A stretch of 21,035 bases of DNA from Octopus sinensis (taxonomy: Eukaryota): NCBI RefSeq assembly GCF_006345805.1, contig NW_021823812.1, positions 1 to 21,035 of the forward strand, given 5' to 3'. The translations under genes were made by a program, and so were the position numbers. Below the pieces are notes generated by a model. The model had not been told where the DNA came from. It ran no database searches and worked only from the letters and a program-made list of their open reading frames with translations. Each line of letters starts with the position of its first letter. Positions within the stretch are counted from its first letter, which is position 1. This document shows, piece after piece, positions 9,052 to 20,490 of this stretch.

Positions 9052-9117
9052 GACCCCGAGAAGATATGAACTCAGTATCTTCTGATTCGCAGACAGACGC
9101 CTTATCCATTAGTCTAC
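9052..9117 (-). pseudogene. tRNA-Arg pseudogene (anticodon now reads GCG; 5' acceptor strand lost)
   Basis: Minus strand GTAGACTAATGGATAAGGCGTCTGTCTGCGAATCAGAAGATACTGAGTTCATATCTTCTCGGGGTC closely follows the metazoan tRNA-Arg(TCG/ACG) pattern CCTAATGGATAAGGCGTCTGACTTCGGATCAGAAGATT. The T-arm no longer pairs and the anticodon stem has a U-U mismatch. Confidence 0.75.
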
Positions 9118-9254
9118 ATTATTATATTATCTTGTGTAGACCGTGGCTACACAAGATGATTAAAAGAGTCCCCAGAGAAGCAAGAAGCCAAACTGTTTAT
9201 ATACTCAAGAAATGCAGCAGTTACTCTAGGAAGGAGTCTCTAATTTGCATATGA

Positions 9255-9258
9255 TATA

Positions 9259-9329
<71 letters not shown>

Positions 9330-9332
9330 ATA
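9255..9332. repeat. (TA)n microsatellite flanked by (TG)n
   Basis: Direct inspection. Confidence 0.95.
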
Positions 9333-9370
9333 GTTGAAATTTACTAAAAAACAAATGATGAAGACAAGTG

Positions 9371-9520
<150 letters not shown>

Positions 9521-9584
9521 TGCGAGTTTGTGTGTGTGTATGTGTGTGCGTGAATTTATCTATATATCTATGTGTATGTGCCTA

Positions 9585-9803
9585 TTTGTGTTTGTCCCTC
9601 GCCACCACTTGACTGACAACTGGTGTTGGTTTGTTTATATCTACCCCCGTAGCTTATCAGTTCGACAAAAAGAGGCCGATAGAATAAGTACCAGTCTTAA
9701 AATAAACAAACATACTGAGGTGGATTTGTCGTCAAGGCGGTGCTCCAGCATGGTCGCTGTCTAATGGATGAAACAAGTAAATGAAAGAACAGAATAAAAG
9801 AAA
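9585..9803 (+). mobile_element. 3' half of the CORE-like (OR-type) SINE
   Basis: GTGTTTGTCCC...CCGATAGAATAAGTACCAG...AAGGCGGTGCTCCAGCATGG...GAAACAAGTAAA matches the other copies. Confidence 0.8.
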
Positions 9804-9899
9804 ATACGAGCAGCTTAATATTTCTTAATGTATTTCTCAACATATATTCAGATTGATCAAAGTTGCATGAAGAATACTCTTGTTTCAACAACATAAAAG

Positions 9900-11900
9900 G
9901 ATGCTGATAACTCTCCCCACTTTCCCATGCAAACCATTCCTGGACACTTCACGAAACCTGGAATATATGGTTCTCTTTGTCTTTCATTATCATTACTCTG
10001 ATTTGAATTATTCCATGGTCTTATTTGCATTGCATACTCCACTGCTTTGCCGTCTACAGCTCGGCAGACCTTGGTTATATGAAGTCTTTTGCCTTGGTTT
10101 CTTATTTTCCTTTCTGTTGAATGCATTGTTCGTGATGTGGGCAGTACCTGTGGCAATTTCTCTGTCCATTCAGGGATTTTAATTATGTTCTTGTGAGCAT
10201 GATATTTTATTTATTGCCGAGGATTGATTTTGTAGTCAGTCTATACAGACTGGTTATCTCTATTTCTAGATCTTTATGTCTGAATAATTCCTCCATTTTC
10301 TTTATGGAGATGCATGATAATGTATCTCAAAATGCCTCATCTGTTGGAAATGATTAGTCGATAAGGTTATCCAGTTAGTGTGGATTGGTTTTTTCGTTGA
10401 TGTGGATTATCATATCCCAGAATATGGTCTCTTTCTCATTCTCTGAAACTTTTCTCTGGTCTATGTCTATACTTATTTCATAATGCTCGCATAACTTCCA
10501 GCATACGCAACCACTAAATCTATCATTCCCGTAGATGCATTCCGTCTTGATTGATCACAACCAGAGACAATTCATTTAAATGATTCCTTTCCCTCTCTGT
10601 ACTCTGCAGTAACATCATGGGTTAAATCTTCATTCTATGCTTTTGTGGATTCTGGTTAGAGGCTTTCATCCTGAACTGCAACCACTAATCTCTTAATCGC
10701 GAGTTTAAGTCTTGCAATTTTTTTTCTGCCTGTCAAATCTCTTCAGTTTCATCATATATTGGCCATTTAGCGGCTTTATGTCTTACCAATTTGCTATGTC
10801 GTTTTGTTTTAGTAGTCCTAATATTAACTTAGTTTTTAGTCTTCACATTGTCTGCATTATAACAAAGTATAATGCTATATAACACGTATTTTTTGTGGTT
10901 TCTAGTGGGAAGCAAGAACCCGCCAATCTCAGTTTTGTGTCCTTTCATCTACATCCAATCTCCCGGTCGTCAATCTTCCTGGTTGTCAATCCAAGCTGTA
11001 ATCAGATAATTTCTTTCTCCATCAGTCTTCGGTTATGATTTTATTTCTCAGTTGTTGACCTTTGCAGTCACATGACCATCTGCAAACTCTCATCTGCTTT
11101 TCTGGAAATAGGTTGCTCTCTTCCCGTTTTTTATTCCTTGCGATATTATTGCAGTGAAAGCTTTGTAAGTCCCCAGAAAAGATGATTATGAGTTTATAGT
11201 TTTTAAGGTTTGACGTTCTTTTAGTCACATAAATTAAGATGATTGTCCCTTCAAGGAAGACACCTGGAATTATTAACTTAATTGATAACACCTGACTTTT
11301 AAGCTAAGCCTGTTTTACCTTTGGCTCAGTCAGTGCTTTAGTAAAAGTTTCTACCAATTTCTTATGAATGCCACTGAAATCTTTTAATCGGAAACTTGTG
11401 ATCACATCGTTTAGTGATTATATCCAATTGGTCTGAGCTATTTCATCTCTTGTTATGGACACCCACAATTTTTTATGGCATCACCTACATTACCCATTCT
11501 ACTCTCTAAATTTTTATTTTACTTTTTTATTTGTACCAATTTTTCGTGAAAGAACTTTCTGTTGTATTTAACGATCTGTTTTGTTCAAAGAATCACTGTT
11601 ACTTTTCATTCCGACAAATTCCTTGCGTTTTGATGAGGGTCACGTTCTCCTGGCATTCTTTAAGTTCGGATACTTCAAATTTTGTGACATTTCTCAATCT
11701 TTTTTCTTTGTTTTCCTTTAGTTGTGTCGTTTCCTTGTTAGTTTTCAGTAAGGATCGAGAGATATTTTCCGCCGATATTCTAATGTTGGCCAGTATTCGG
11801 CAGACGACGTTCTACAATGCAATTATTTGGCTGATTCTGCAGGTGTTATGCCAAGTTTTCTGATTTATCTCCTCTTCCGTCTCCTTATCCACTTCCTCAT
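9900..11900 (-). mobile_element. Decayed R4/Dong-type non-LTR retrotransposon, copy A (RT motifs 1-3, internal deletion, CCHC, RLE)
   Basis: Minus-strand translation remnants: GTIILIYVTKRTSNLKNYKLI and LFPEKQ...CKGQQLRNKIITED (ORF 11022-11291), LITAWID (about 10985-11010), VAVQDESL, CRV...IVSGC, CWKLCEHYEI, PEKVSENEKETIFWDMIIH, KDLEIEI and C-terminal GTAHI (about 10130-10150). Many stops and frameshifts; boundaries approximate. Confidence 0.75.
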
Positions 11901-11920
11901 TTTCTTCTTGTTCTTGTTTG

Positions 11921-11980
<60 letters not shown>

Positions 11981-12015
11981 CACCACACCACCACCACCAC
12001 CACCACACCACCACC

Positions 12016-12085
<70 letters not shown>
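11921..12085. repeat. (CTA)n-(CCA)n-(CTA)n trinucleotide microsatellite
   Basis: Direct inspection; it separates LINE copies A and B. Confidence 0.95.
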
Positions 12086-13212
12086 ACAATCCTGGAATCG
12101 AATTGACATGATGGATCAATCAGTATGCAAATTCGATTTTTCTTGTCTATTACCATAATAATATCTGGTTTGTTATGTCCCATCTTATTCGTTTGAGTGG
12201 GAAAATGTCATGAAGTCTTGCATGTTTCCGATTCAAGTACTCTTTCTACCCCATGATCGTACCATGTGCTTTCTGCATCATACTCCCATTTCTGACAAAA
12301 CTTCCAGTGTAAAACTTTCACAACGTAATTATACTTCCATTTCTCATATTCTTCCCAAGCCAACTCGCGACATTCCGCAACGTGTGCCATTGTTTCATCA
12401 CGAATTCCACATACTCTACATTTTTCCGCTACCTTCTTCCCATACGCATATTTTCTCAAGATATTAGTTTTCAGCGCTTGATCTTAAGCTGCTACAGTAA
12501 GGCTTTCTGTTTCTTTTTTAAAATCGCCCTTTTTCAACCAAGTCCAGGATTTTGTTCCACACGCATACTCAGTGGGTTTCCAATATCGTGTATGGAAAGG
12601 TTACTTTTCAACGTGTTCGTTTTGAATTTCATTCTTGTCCCTTTCTCATTTTCCAGTCTTATTCACTGCCTTCAGTGACTTTTCTGTGATGTTCTACAAA
12701 TAACCAAGTAAGCTATTTCGTTCCATCTGCACACAGTCTTCCACAGCAATTAAGCCTCTTCCTTCCTGGTCTCTCTTCATGTACAACCGGTGTCAGCTTT
12801 TCAGTGTTAGGCTCCATATTTAGTCAACATCTTTCTAGTTTTTCAGTCAAGCTTCTGCATTTCGCTTTTTGTTTAATCCACATTTCCAGCTCCATACCTG
12901 GTAAGTGACACTGTTCCTGATATCATTGCTTCAATAACACTTTTTAAATTCAGCCTTAATTGTTATATTTTCTTTTCTCTCCTTATATACTCCTTACTTG
13001 TATATACTACCTACTTGTAATTTACTTCATTTCCTCGTGTTTTATTTCGTCTGCCTTCAGTTTTCCCAAATACTTATACCACTGTCTTTTCTCAGCTGAT
13101 TTCATCGTTTGCCTAGTTGGAATTTCAATTCCATGGCTTCCTTCAAATCTTCCTCGTTTTATTAACAATACAGCGCACTTTTCAATCCCTAATTCCATTC
13201 CTACATTATTTT
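12086..13212 (-). mobile_element. Decayed R4/Dong-type non-LTR retrotransposon, copy B (RT motifs 6-7, thumb, CCHC, RLE)
   Basis: VGMELGIEKCAVL...YKYLG (13060-13210), RYGAG...KTRKMLT...RLYMKRDQEGRGL, WLKKGDFKKETES..AA*DQALKTN, zinc knuckle CRVCGIRDETMAHVAEC (ORF 12208-12459), and PD-(D/E)xK nuclease HNKPDIIMVIDKKNRICILIDPSC (12100-12180). Confidence 0.9.
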
Positions 13213-14150
13213 AGTTTATCTACCACAGCAATGTCTGATCTCCGAGCGTCGATTAGGAAGTCATATTGGATTATATAATCCCTATTTCTTTACTACCCAC
13301 AAGGGGCTAAACACAGAGGGGACAAACAAGGACAGACAAACGGATTAAGACGATTATATCGACCCCAGTGCGGAACTGGTACTTATTTAACCGACCCCGA
13401 AAGGATGAAAGGCAAAGTCGACCTCGGCGGAATTTGAACTCAGAACGTAGCGGCAGACGAAATACGGCTACGTATTTCTCCCGGCGTGCTAACGGTTCTG
13501 CCAGCTCGCCGCCTTATATAATCCCACAGGATCTTATATTCCTTGGTCTCAGTGACGCCATTTGGTTCATGTTTGTACCATTTCCGTGCTCTGTTCAGTC
13601 AGTACTTTTTACTTAGTCTCCAGTGAACAAACTTAGCCAGTCATCGTGCTTATTTTGGGGCCAGCTTTCTGCACTCACTCACAATATGTAGGATTGTCTC
13701 GTTTTTGCTGCCACACATTCTACAAAGTCGCAACTCATTGCTCTTATCTCTTTGGAACTTAGTGTAATTAATTCTTAGAGCTTGTTCCTGGGCGCAGTGC
13801 ATCCTTTCAGATCACTTTTTCTTAGCCACCTCAAGCTGTTGGCCTTGTCTTTCCCTTCGATTTCTCTGAGGTATTGCCCTTACATTACTTTCATTTCCAG
13901 TTGTTTATTCGTTGTTCTTCATTTTGTTTCTTAAATGTTTTTGGGTGCGTCACATTTTCGGTAGGTATCGTGTTATTATTTCTAACAGCAGCTAGATGTT
14001 TGATGTACCATCCCAGACAGTTCTCGTTGGCAACACAGATCTTGCATCCTATGAGGGCTCTTCCTCCCGTGTGCCTAGGCACATACAGTCTATCAATATC
14101 GCTTTTTGGGTGCAGTTCCTTAATTGTCATCTCTTCCCCGGTTTTTCTCT
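13213..14150 (-). mobile_element. Decayed R4/Dong-type non-LTR retrotransposon, copy C (thumb, CCHC, start of RLE), split by a SINE
   Basis: LHPKSDIDRLYVPRHTGGRAL (ORF 13891-14130), AQEQALRIN, CRMCGSKNETILHIVSEC, WYKHEPNGVTETKEYKILWDYI / [SINE] / IQYDFLIDARRSDIAVVDK. Confidence 0.9.
13283..13513 (-). mobile_element. Young Deu/Nin-domain-like tRNA SINE, copy 3, with 12-bp TSD
   Basis: Nearly identical to 4647-4877. TTATATAATCCC occurs at 13271-13282 and 13514-13525, and the host LINE reading frame continues across the insertion. Confidence 0.92.
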
Positions 14151-14183
14151 CTCCATTTCCTCAAGCTCGCTCTTATTTCTTTC

Positions 14184-14286
<103 letters not shown>

Positions 14287-14625
14287 GCGGTGTGCTGGCA
14301 GAATGGTTAGCACGCCGGGTGAAATGCTTTGCGGTATTTCGTCCACTACTATACGTTCTGAGTTCAAATTCTACCGAGGTCGACTTTACCTCTCATACTT
14401 TCGGCGTCGATAAATTAAGTACCGGTTGCGTACTGGGGTCGATGTAGTCGACTGTCCCCCTCTCGCTATTACTTGTTGAATTAAAATCCAACCAATGTTG
14501 ACGCTGTGTTTCACTGTTCTCTGTCATAGTTTTAGATTCTCTGATGTACCGGGAGCTGATCTTTTCTTCTGTTTACCTTCACTGTAAATTTGTGGCCTTG
14601 TGCCAATGAAAGAAATCATTATTAT
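14287..14625 (+). mobile_element. Deu/Nin-domain-like tRNA SINE with a different 3' tail
   Basis: Head and core at 14287-14467 match copies 1-3. Then about 115 bp of unassigned sequence, followed by a probable tail GGCCTTGTGCCAATGAAAGAAATCATTATTAT (14586-14625). Confidence 0.8.
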
Positions 14626-14738
14626 CGTTACTTTGTCAGTAAAATTATTATCAACAAAGTAATAAGGTTGATTTAACCTTCTGGCTCCTGTTCTTATAAA
14701 TGTGTGACTTTGTGTATGTATGTATGTATGTATGTATG

Positions 14739-15152
14739 TCTTTATATCTTTTATCTTTTACTTGTTTCAGTTATCAGACTGCGGCCATGTTGGAGCATCG
14801 CCTTGAAGGGTTTTAGTCCAGCAAATTAATCCCAGAACTTATCATTTTTAAAGCTTACTACTTATACTATCGGTCTCTTTTGCCGAAAGACTAAGTTACG
14901 GGAACGTAAACACACCAACACCGGTTGTCAAGAGTCGGTGAGGGACAAACACAAACACAGGGACACACGCACATATATACATACATACGATGGGCTTCTT
15001 TCAGTTTCCGTCTACCAAACCCACTCACAAGGCTTTTGTCGGCGCGAGACTAGAGGAGAAGACACTTGCCCGAGGTGCCATGCAGTGGGACTGAACTCGG
15101 AACCTTGTAATTGGGAAGCAAGCTTTTTACCACAGAGTAAACACTGTGCCTA
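14739..15152 (-). mobile_element. Full-length CORE-like (OR-type) tRNA SINE
   Basis: Homologous along its length to 8657-9039: B-box GAGTTCAGTCCCACT, core GGCACCTCGGGCAAGTGTCTTC, and (AAAAGAT)n-like tail. Confidence 0.9.
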
Positions 15153-15159
15153 ATGAATA

Positions 15160-17140
15160 TGTATATTTTGCTTTGTTTTTATTTATGAGAATTCTTTGTT
15201 GAAAGAAGCTGGTTTCTAACAAAGAAACAGAAGTTCCATCGCTGGAATTCGGATAACAACAACGAATTCTTCCATGTTGAACTTTAGAAAAATCTTGCAT
15301 ATTTTTACTGTTCTATATACCGCTCTATATTCGTAAAGTGCGTGCTTCCTGGTCTCTTCTTTGCTTGAAAATTCTAGCCGTTCTTGATTATGACTTAGAC
15401 ATTTACTAACATAATCAGTGCTCCAGTAACTATTGGTATAAATTTGAATTTATAACCAGTGTAGAGAAGGCGCTGATTTCGAAGTACTTTTCCCTAAATA
15501 TCACTCTTCTGGTTGATTTTTGGAAGAGATATTCACGTGCAGGGTAACTAGCATCTATGACTGTATATGACATTTTCCTCCGTCCCAAGTAATTATGTGA
15601 GGTTCGTTATTTTTGCACTTGATAGCAGTTTTGATGGAAATGTTCTGCCAATATTCCTTGTTCTGATAAGTGTGTCTTCCTTAATAGAAGCGGTGCTTAT
15701 ATTTATCCCAGGGCAATCTTTTTCTCTGCGGATAGCGTTGTATATTGGTTTAGCATCAACATCATACAGCATTGGGAGTTAATACCTCGATGATACTTTG
15801 AAACAGCTGCTGCTGATAATACATGTTATGTCATCCACAGCAGAGTGACATAATCAACTTCTGGGGATTTTAAAGGTTGCTCTCTCTTGCTTGTCCATTC
15901 GGTATCACATAGTTGTCTCCTGCTCTTGGATTGCAAAAGAGTAACTTTCGAGATTGATGGTTACAGTTCCAAGAGAGGCTAGATATCATGTTATTATCAT
16001 CATCAAGATCCATGTATAACCCTTTTGTGGTATGTAGACGGTTTCTCTTCTAGGTCTTTACTGAGATATGTAAGCTTTGCTCTTCTGGCTTCGTGTGGGA
16101 TTGCGGTTGAGACATTAGAAAATGATTGCTTCTGGAGGAGTTTACTGTTGGCCCGCAGAATGTTATTTAATTCATTTTTGAGCATCTGGTCTATGTATGT
16201 ATTTCCGATGCCGTTATTTAACAGATATTGAGTGATATAATGCGGCACTCGAAGGCTGTCTGAACTGATCTTAAGCATCTTCTTCCCTCTTTTCTTCTGA
16301 GATAGAGTCGGTCAATATCATTGTTTCTATGGAAGCTTAGTTGTTGAAATCAGAATCTTGAGGATTTTTCAGTATATGGAGTGGATTTCCTGTATAGTCC
16401 AGTCAAGTATCCCACATATCGATAGCTCACTGTTGCAATATTGCATTGTGAGATATTGTTTTGTTACAGGAGGAAAGTTCTCACCGTTCATATCATTTTC
16501 AATCTGGTATATTATTCTTAGGTTACTCTGTCTTTATTTGATATTTATAGCCCTCGCCCAGTGAACAGGAAAGATAGACTACTGATTCAAATTATTTGGG
16601 GTTTGGGAATAGTATTTCAATGCCCAGTTGTTAAATATGAACATTTCATTTGTTCAAACTCCACCACTCTTTTGGCAACAAATGTAACTTAATCCAGTTA
16701 ATACTCAGCATTGTAAATATTTCAATGAAGATCTTTAGATCACCCATAAAGAAATTATGTCACTCTCTCTTACTGTTATAGACTCTGGGACACGACCAAT
16801 GAATTTTCGGAAAAAGAACGACAGTGGATTTAGACCCAAAATAAACAGAAAGCACTGACAGTGTGTTACCTTGCATTTTTCACTTTTAGCTACAAGTGTG
16901 AAAATTGTAGCCTAGGTATTCTTGAGATCTTCAACAGCGGCAACTAAAACAGCAGATACTGTTACCAGCTGTAATGAAATCTTAAACTGTGTTGCGGATG
17001 GAATCGAATGACTGTTTTTAATCAAGCCATAATGTCACAAGGTTTCTACAGCATTAGCTTTATTTCCTGAAGTTCGATTCATCCCTATACTCCTTTCTTT
17101 CCACGCCTTTGATCATCAGTGACTATATGTATCTCGTTTT
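15160..17140 (-). mobile_element. Decayed RLE-type (R4/Dong-like) non-LTR retrotransposon, copy D (RT motif 2 to 3' UTR; distinct family)
   Basis: IVTDDQRRGKKG, RNLVTLWLD*KQSFDSI, QGNTLSV/LFILGLNPLSF, HNFFMGDLKIF (degenerate YxDD, about 16727-16759), DWTIQEI...FHRNNDIDRLYLRRKEGRR, FAIQEQE, CHSAVDDITCIISSSC, YKFKFIPIVTGAL and C-terminal TVKICKIFLKF (about 15275-15315). Confidence 0.85.
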
Positions 17141-17146
17141 GCATGT

Positions 17147-17163
17147 ATATATATATATATATA

Positions 17164-17205
<42 letters not shown>
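17147..17205. repeat. (TA)n microsatellite at the left flank of the maT element
   Basis: Direct inspection. Confidence 0.95.
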
Positions 17206-17209
<4 letters not shown>

Positions 17210-18082
17210 ATGCGATAGGTAAAGTGTTGTCATTTTATATCTTTAAGTTTGCGCCAGCGCATTGTTTGCTTTTGATTTTGTCGACTACACAGTATAGTAG
17301 GGTCTGTTGGGTACCGTCTGTGAGAAAAAAATAAACACCAGCATGACACTATTCACTCTCCCAGAAATTTGGAAAGAACATGCCGTACTGCTTGGCGTTC
17401 GCGCCGAAAGCTCCAATACGAACATTTCAGAGTGTTTGGTTGTCAATCTGAGGAGAGTGCAATTTGAGGACATGAACCGAGAGAGATAAAAATCAAACAT
17501 CCAATCAACATCATGGCGTTTGGAGTGATTGGTAGTGGTGGCGACGCTATGCCTCCATTCATCTTCCAACACGGCCTCACTCAACACGGAAGCCTACATC
17601 AGTGCCTGGAGGAGGTAGTGCTGCTCTGGGTTAAGAGGGTGGCTGATGGAACACCCTATATCTGGCAACAGGACTCTGCACCATGCCACACAAGCAGGAG
17701 AACCCAGTCATGATTGTCAGACAATTTCTGTGACCACATCGCGCCTAACATCTAGCCACCGAACTCCCCAGACTACAACCCCCTTGATTATTATGTGTGG
17801 GGCGCAGCTGAGTGAGAGAGCAACAAAACTCCTTGTAACACTAAAGATGAAGTGAAAGCAAGGATTATGGTAGCATTCGCCAACTTAAACAGAAGAGTTG
17901 CAGGAGATTCCGAAGTCGTCTGGAGACCGTGGTTGAAGCCAATGGAGATTTTATTGAATAAATTTGCTCTTTGGTATTTTAAGATATATTTATGTAATTT
18001 TGGTAAATATATCAGTTAAAATAAGATGTCAGTGTTATTTTCATTTTTGCGTAATTTAGACGATAGTTTATTCACTGCATCC

Positions 18083-18086
<4 letters not shown>
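17206..18086 (+). mobile_element. Internally deleted Tc1/mariner transposon, DD37D (maT) family
   Basis: Imperfect TIRs (left TAGGATGCGATAGGTAAAGTGTTGTC; right, reverse-complemented, CAGAGGATGCAGTGAATAAACTATCGTC) with (TA)n on both sides and a transposase relic inside. Confidence 0.85.
17343..17961 (+). pseudogene. DD37D transposase pseudogene
   Basis: N-terminal HTH-like MTLFTLPEIWKEHAVLLGVRAE...VVNLRRVQ is joined by a deletion to KHPINIMAFGVI...WQQDSAPCHTS...PPNSPDYNPLDYYVWG...RFRSRLETVVEANGDFIE*. I count 37 codons between the QQD and NPLD aspartates. In-frame stops and frameshifts are present. Confidence 0.9.
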
Positions 18087-18115
<29 letters not shown>

Positions 18116-18142
18116 GCACATACACACAAACACACACACACA

Positions 18143-18190
<48 letters not shown>

Positions 18191-18202
18191 TATATATATA
18201 TA
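18087..18202. repeat. (TA)n-(CA)n-(TA)n microsatellite
   Basis: Direct inspection. Confidence 0.95.
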
Positions 18203-18829
18203 TTTGTTCCTTTCTATGTTTTTATATGTATGTATATTGTGTGATTGGAGTTGTAGAGTTTATGAGTATATTCTGAGCAGGCATCTGTCCAATGGCAATG
18301 CTGTAGAAAAAACGGATGTTTAAAGGAATGTCAATATATTGAGATAAGAATGTCTGTAAGTATAGTTGATATGAGCTGAGACATATGTTGTGTAAATATA
18401 TCTATGTACATCAAAGTACGGATGGATTTACATCTATCCATCAACATTTGGAACCGTCGAGATCAGTTATGTTCATCATAAGTGTACATGTATTGTATAT
18501 ATTAATGTGTATAAATTTATGAATATATGTATGTAGCTAGCGATGTAAAAGTGGATTTATATTGACAAAAATCACTGTCGTCCTCAGCCATTGTTATACT
18601 GGACAGTTGATTGGGAGCCCCAAAGGTTTAGGGACAAATGTTCGCTTATATATACTGTACTTTTACTATCAATAAATGCCACATGCCTCAAAGTTTTACT
18701 TTCTCTATGGGCCTATATTATTGAGATGGTAGTCACCAAGCGACTTATATTTCCAGTCGTGATACTCTGGTTTATTATCCAAACGTAGAATATCCGAGAA
18801 TACATTTTCCACGATGTTCTTCGTTTTCT

Positions 18830-19128
18830 TTTAAAGATGGTGGTGTGAATTGAAGGGGATTCTGTTGTTTCGTACAGGCCGAGCGAACGGTTAGAGAACC
18901 CCTTGTAACGATGTCGTTGCTCTTGTTAATCCGCTAAATAGATCCGACTCTGTTGAGCTGTGATCATTGGCCTTCAAGTAGTGATTAACATATCTATCTA
19001 CAGGGCGAGGCAGTATGAACTAGGCAAGTATTATTCAGCGTCTCTCTCACTTTTTATGACAGTAGAGTATGATTTGAGGACGATTAAGCTACTATTTCTA
19101 GACCGTAAATCAACCGTGAAGGGTTCCA
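18830..19128. repeat. Two diverged copies of a ~70-bp interspersed repeat motif
   Basis: AAAGATGGTGGTGTGAATTGAAGGGGATT... (18833-18901) and ATGACAGTAGAGTATGATTTGAGGACGATT... (19056-19127) are loosely colinear; probably old repeat remnants. Confidence 0.3.
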
Positions 19129-19229
19129 TGTATGTAGATATTTTATGTTAATGTCAGGTTGGCTACTTTTTGCATAGCTATCTCGATAATTATAGGAATT
19201 AGACCACCGATGATAATCGAGGGTATTTA

Positions 19230-19480
19230 TATACATGTGCATAGAAATGAAACTGAGAATATGTGTCTGTCTGTGTGTATCACTAAAACTCGAGAGCTGC
19301 CAAATCGATTTCATTAAAATTTCTCATATGCCTTACTTAGGGTCCATGAAGTGTCATGGGCTAAAAAACTCTCGACTTCTTGCCTAATGCGAGCCCGGAG
19401 CAATCACTTATCTCTTACACTATTTCAGTATTACGTGTCAAAAGTGAAGCAATAATGTCTCTCACTATTATATGGTTTCA
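19230..19480 (+). mobile_element. Probable 5' fragment of a non-autonomous Helitron-like element
   Basis: AT-rich start, short (GTCT)n, then AAAACTCGAGA...AATCGATTTCATTAAAATTT, the layout typical of non-autonomous Helitron 5' ends. No 3' hairpin or CTRR terminus seen. Pattern recognition only. Confidence 0.45.
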
Positions 19481-19544
19481 ATTTCATTTACTTTCATTAT
19501 GTAGCTTCATTATATCTTCTATATCCATTTGTAAATATTTTATA

Positions 19545-19855
19545 TGTATGTGTATAATATAATAGGTGTGTGTGTGTATATATATATGTGTATATATATA
19601 TAATATATATATATATATATAATATATATATATGTATATGTATTTATATCATATATGTGTATAGTACTATATCTATCTATATATATCTATATATTTATGT
19701 ATATATATGAATGTATCTTGTATGTATACTTCTGTATTATATATATATGTAACATATATATATAAAAGAGGTGCACGACCGAAATCCATATATCCATATA
19801 CTTCATTTACTGTATATATATGTATATAGATTTATGTATGTATATTTTATGTGCT

Positions 19856-19889
<34 letters not shown>

Positions 19890-19918
19890 CTAATTTATAT
19901 ATATATATATATATATAT

Positions 19919-19958
<40 letters not shown>

Positions 19959-20191
19959 ATGTATATATATGTCTATATATTATAGGGATACTACATATAT
20001 GTGTATAAAAGAGGACTGTCGATACATGTGTAATTGGTGCGTGTGTGTGTGTGTATGTATATGTATGTATAATATATATATATATTATATATATATATAT
20101 ATTATATCTATATATATATATATATAGGGATATGTACATATATGTGGTGTAGAAAGAGGACTGTCGTATACATGTGTATATTGGTGCGTGT
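19545..20191. repeat. (TA)n/(TG)n low-complexity block containing a ~65-bp tandem duplication
   Basis: TATAGGGATA...AAAGAGGACTGTCG...TTGGTGCGTGT occurs at 19981-20044 and 20123-20191. Confidence 0.85.
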
Positions 20192-20199
20192 TTGCGTGT

Positions 20200-20390
20200 A
20201 TGTCTGTGTTTGTACCACCACCATTAGGTGATAAACGATGTTGGTGTGTTTACGTTCCCATAAGTTAAGGGTCTGGCAAAAGACAATGATAGAAAAAGTA
20301 CTAGGTTTACAAAGAATAAATCCTGTGTCGAAAGGCGATGCTCACGCATGGCCGCAGTCACAAGACTAAACAAGTAAAACAATAAAAAGA
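20200..20390 (+). mobile_element. 3' half of the CORE-like (OR-type) SINE
   Basis: GTGTTTGTACCACC...GATGTTGGTGTGTTTACGT...GGCAAAAGAC...GCATGGCCGCAGTCA...AAACAAGTAAAA matches the other copies. Confidence 0.8.
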
Positions 20391-20416
20391 AACTATGTCG
20401 GGCATCTCTGCTAGTA

Positions 20417-20422
20417 GATATG

Positions 20423-20490
<68 letters not shown>

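Noticed and set aside
9052-9117. Functional tRNA-Arg(GCG)
   Set aside because: The 5' acceptor strand is missing, the T-stem is unpaired and the B-box is mutated; reported as a pseudogene instead.
11827-12119. Poly-L/P/H/T/Y/S/V ORFs
   Set aside because: Artefacts of the (CTA)n(CCA)n microsatellite.
17090-17122. Hammerhead-like CTGATGA...GAAA on the minus strand
   Set aside because: The intervening TCAAAGGCGTG cannot form stem II, and the segment is explained as RT coding sequence (VTDDQRRGKK).
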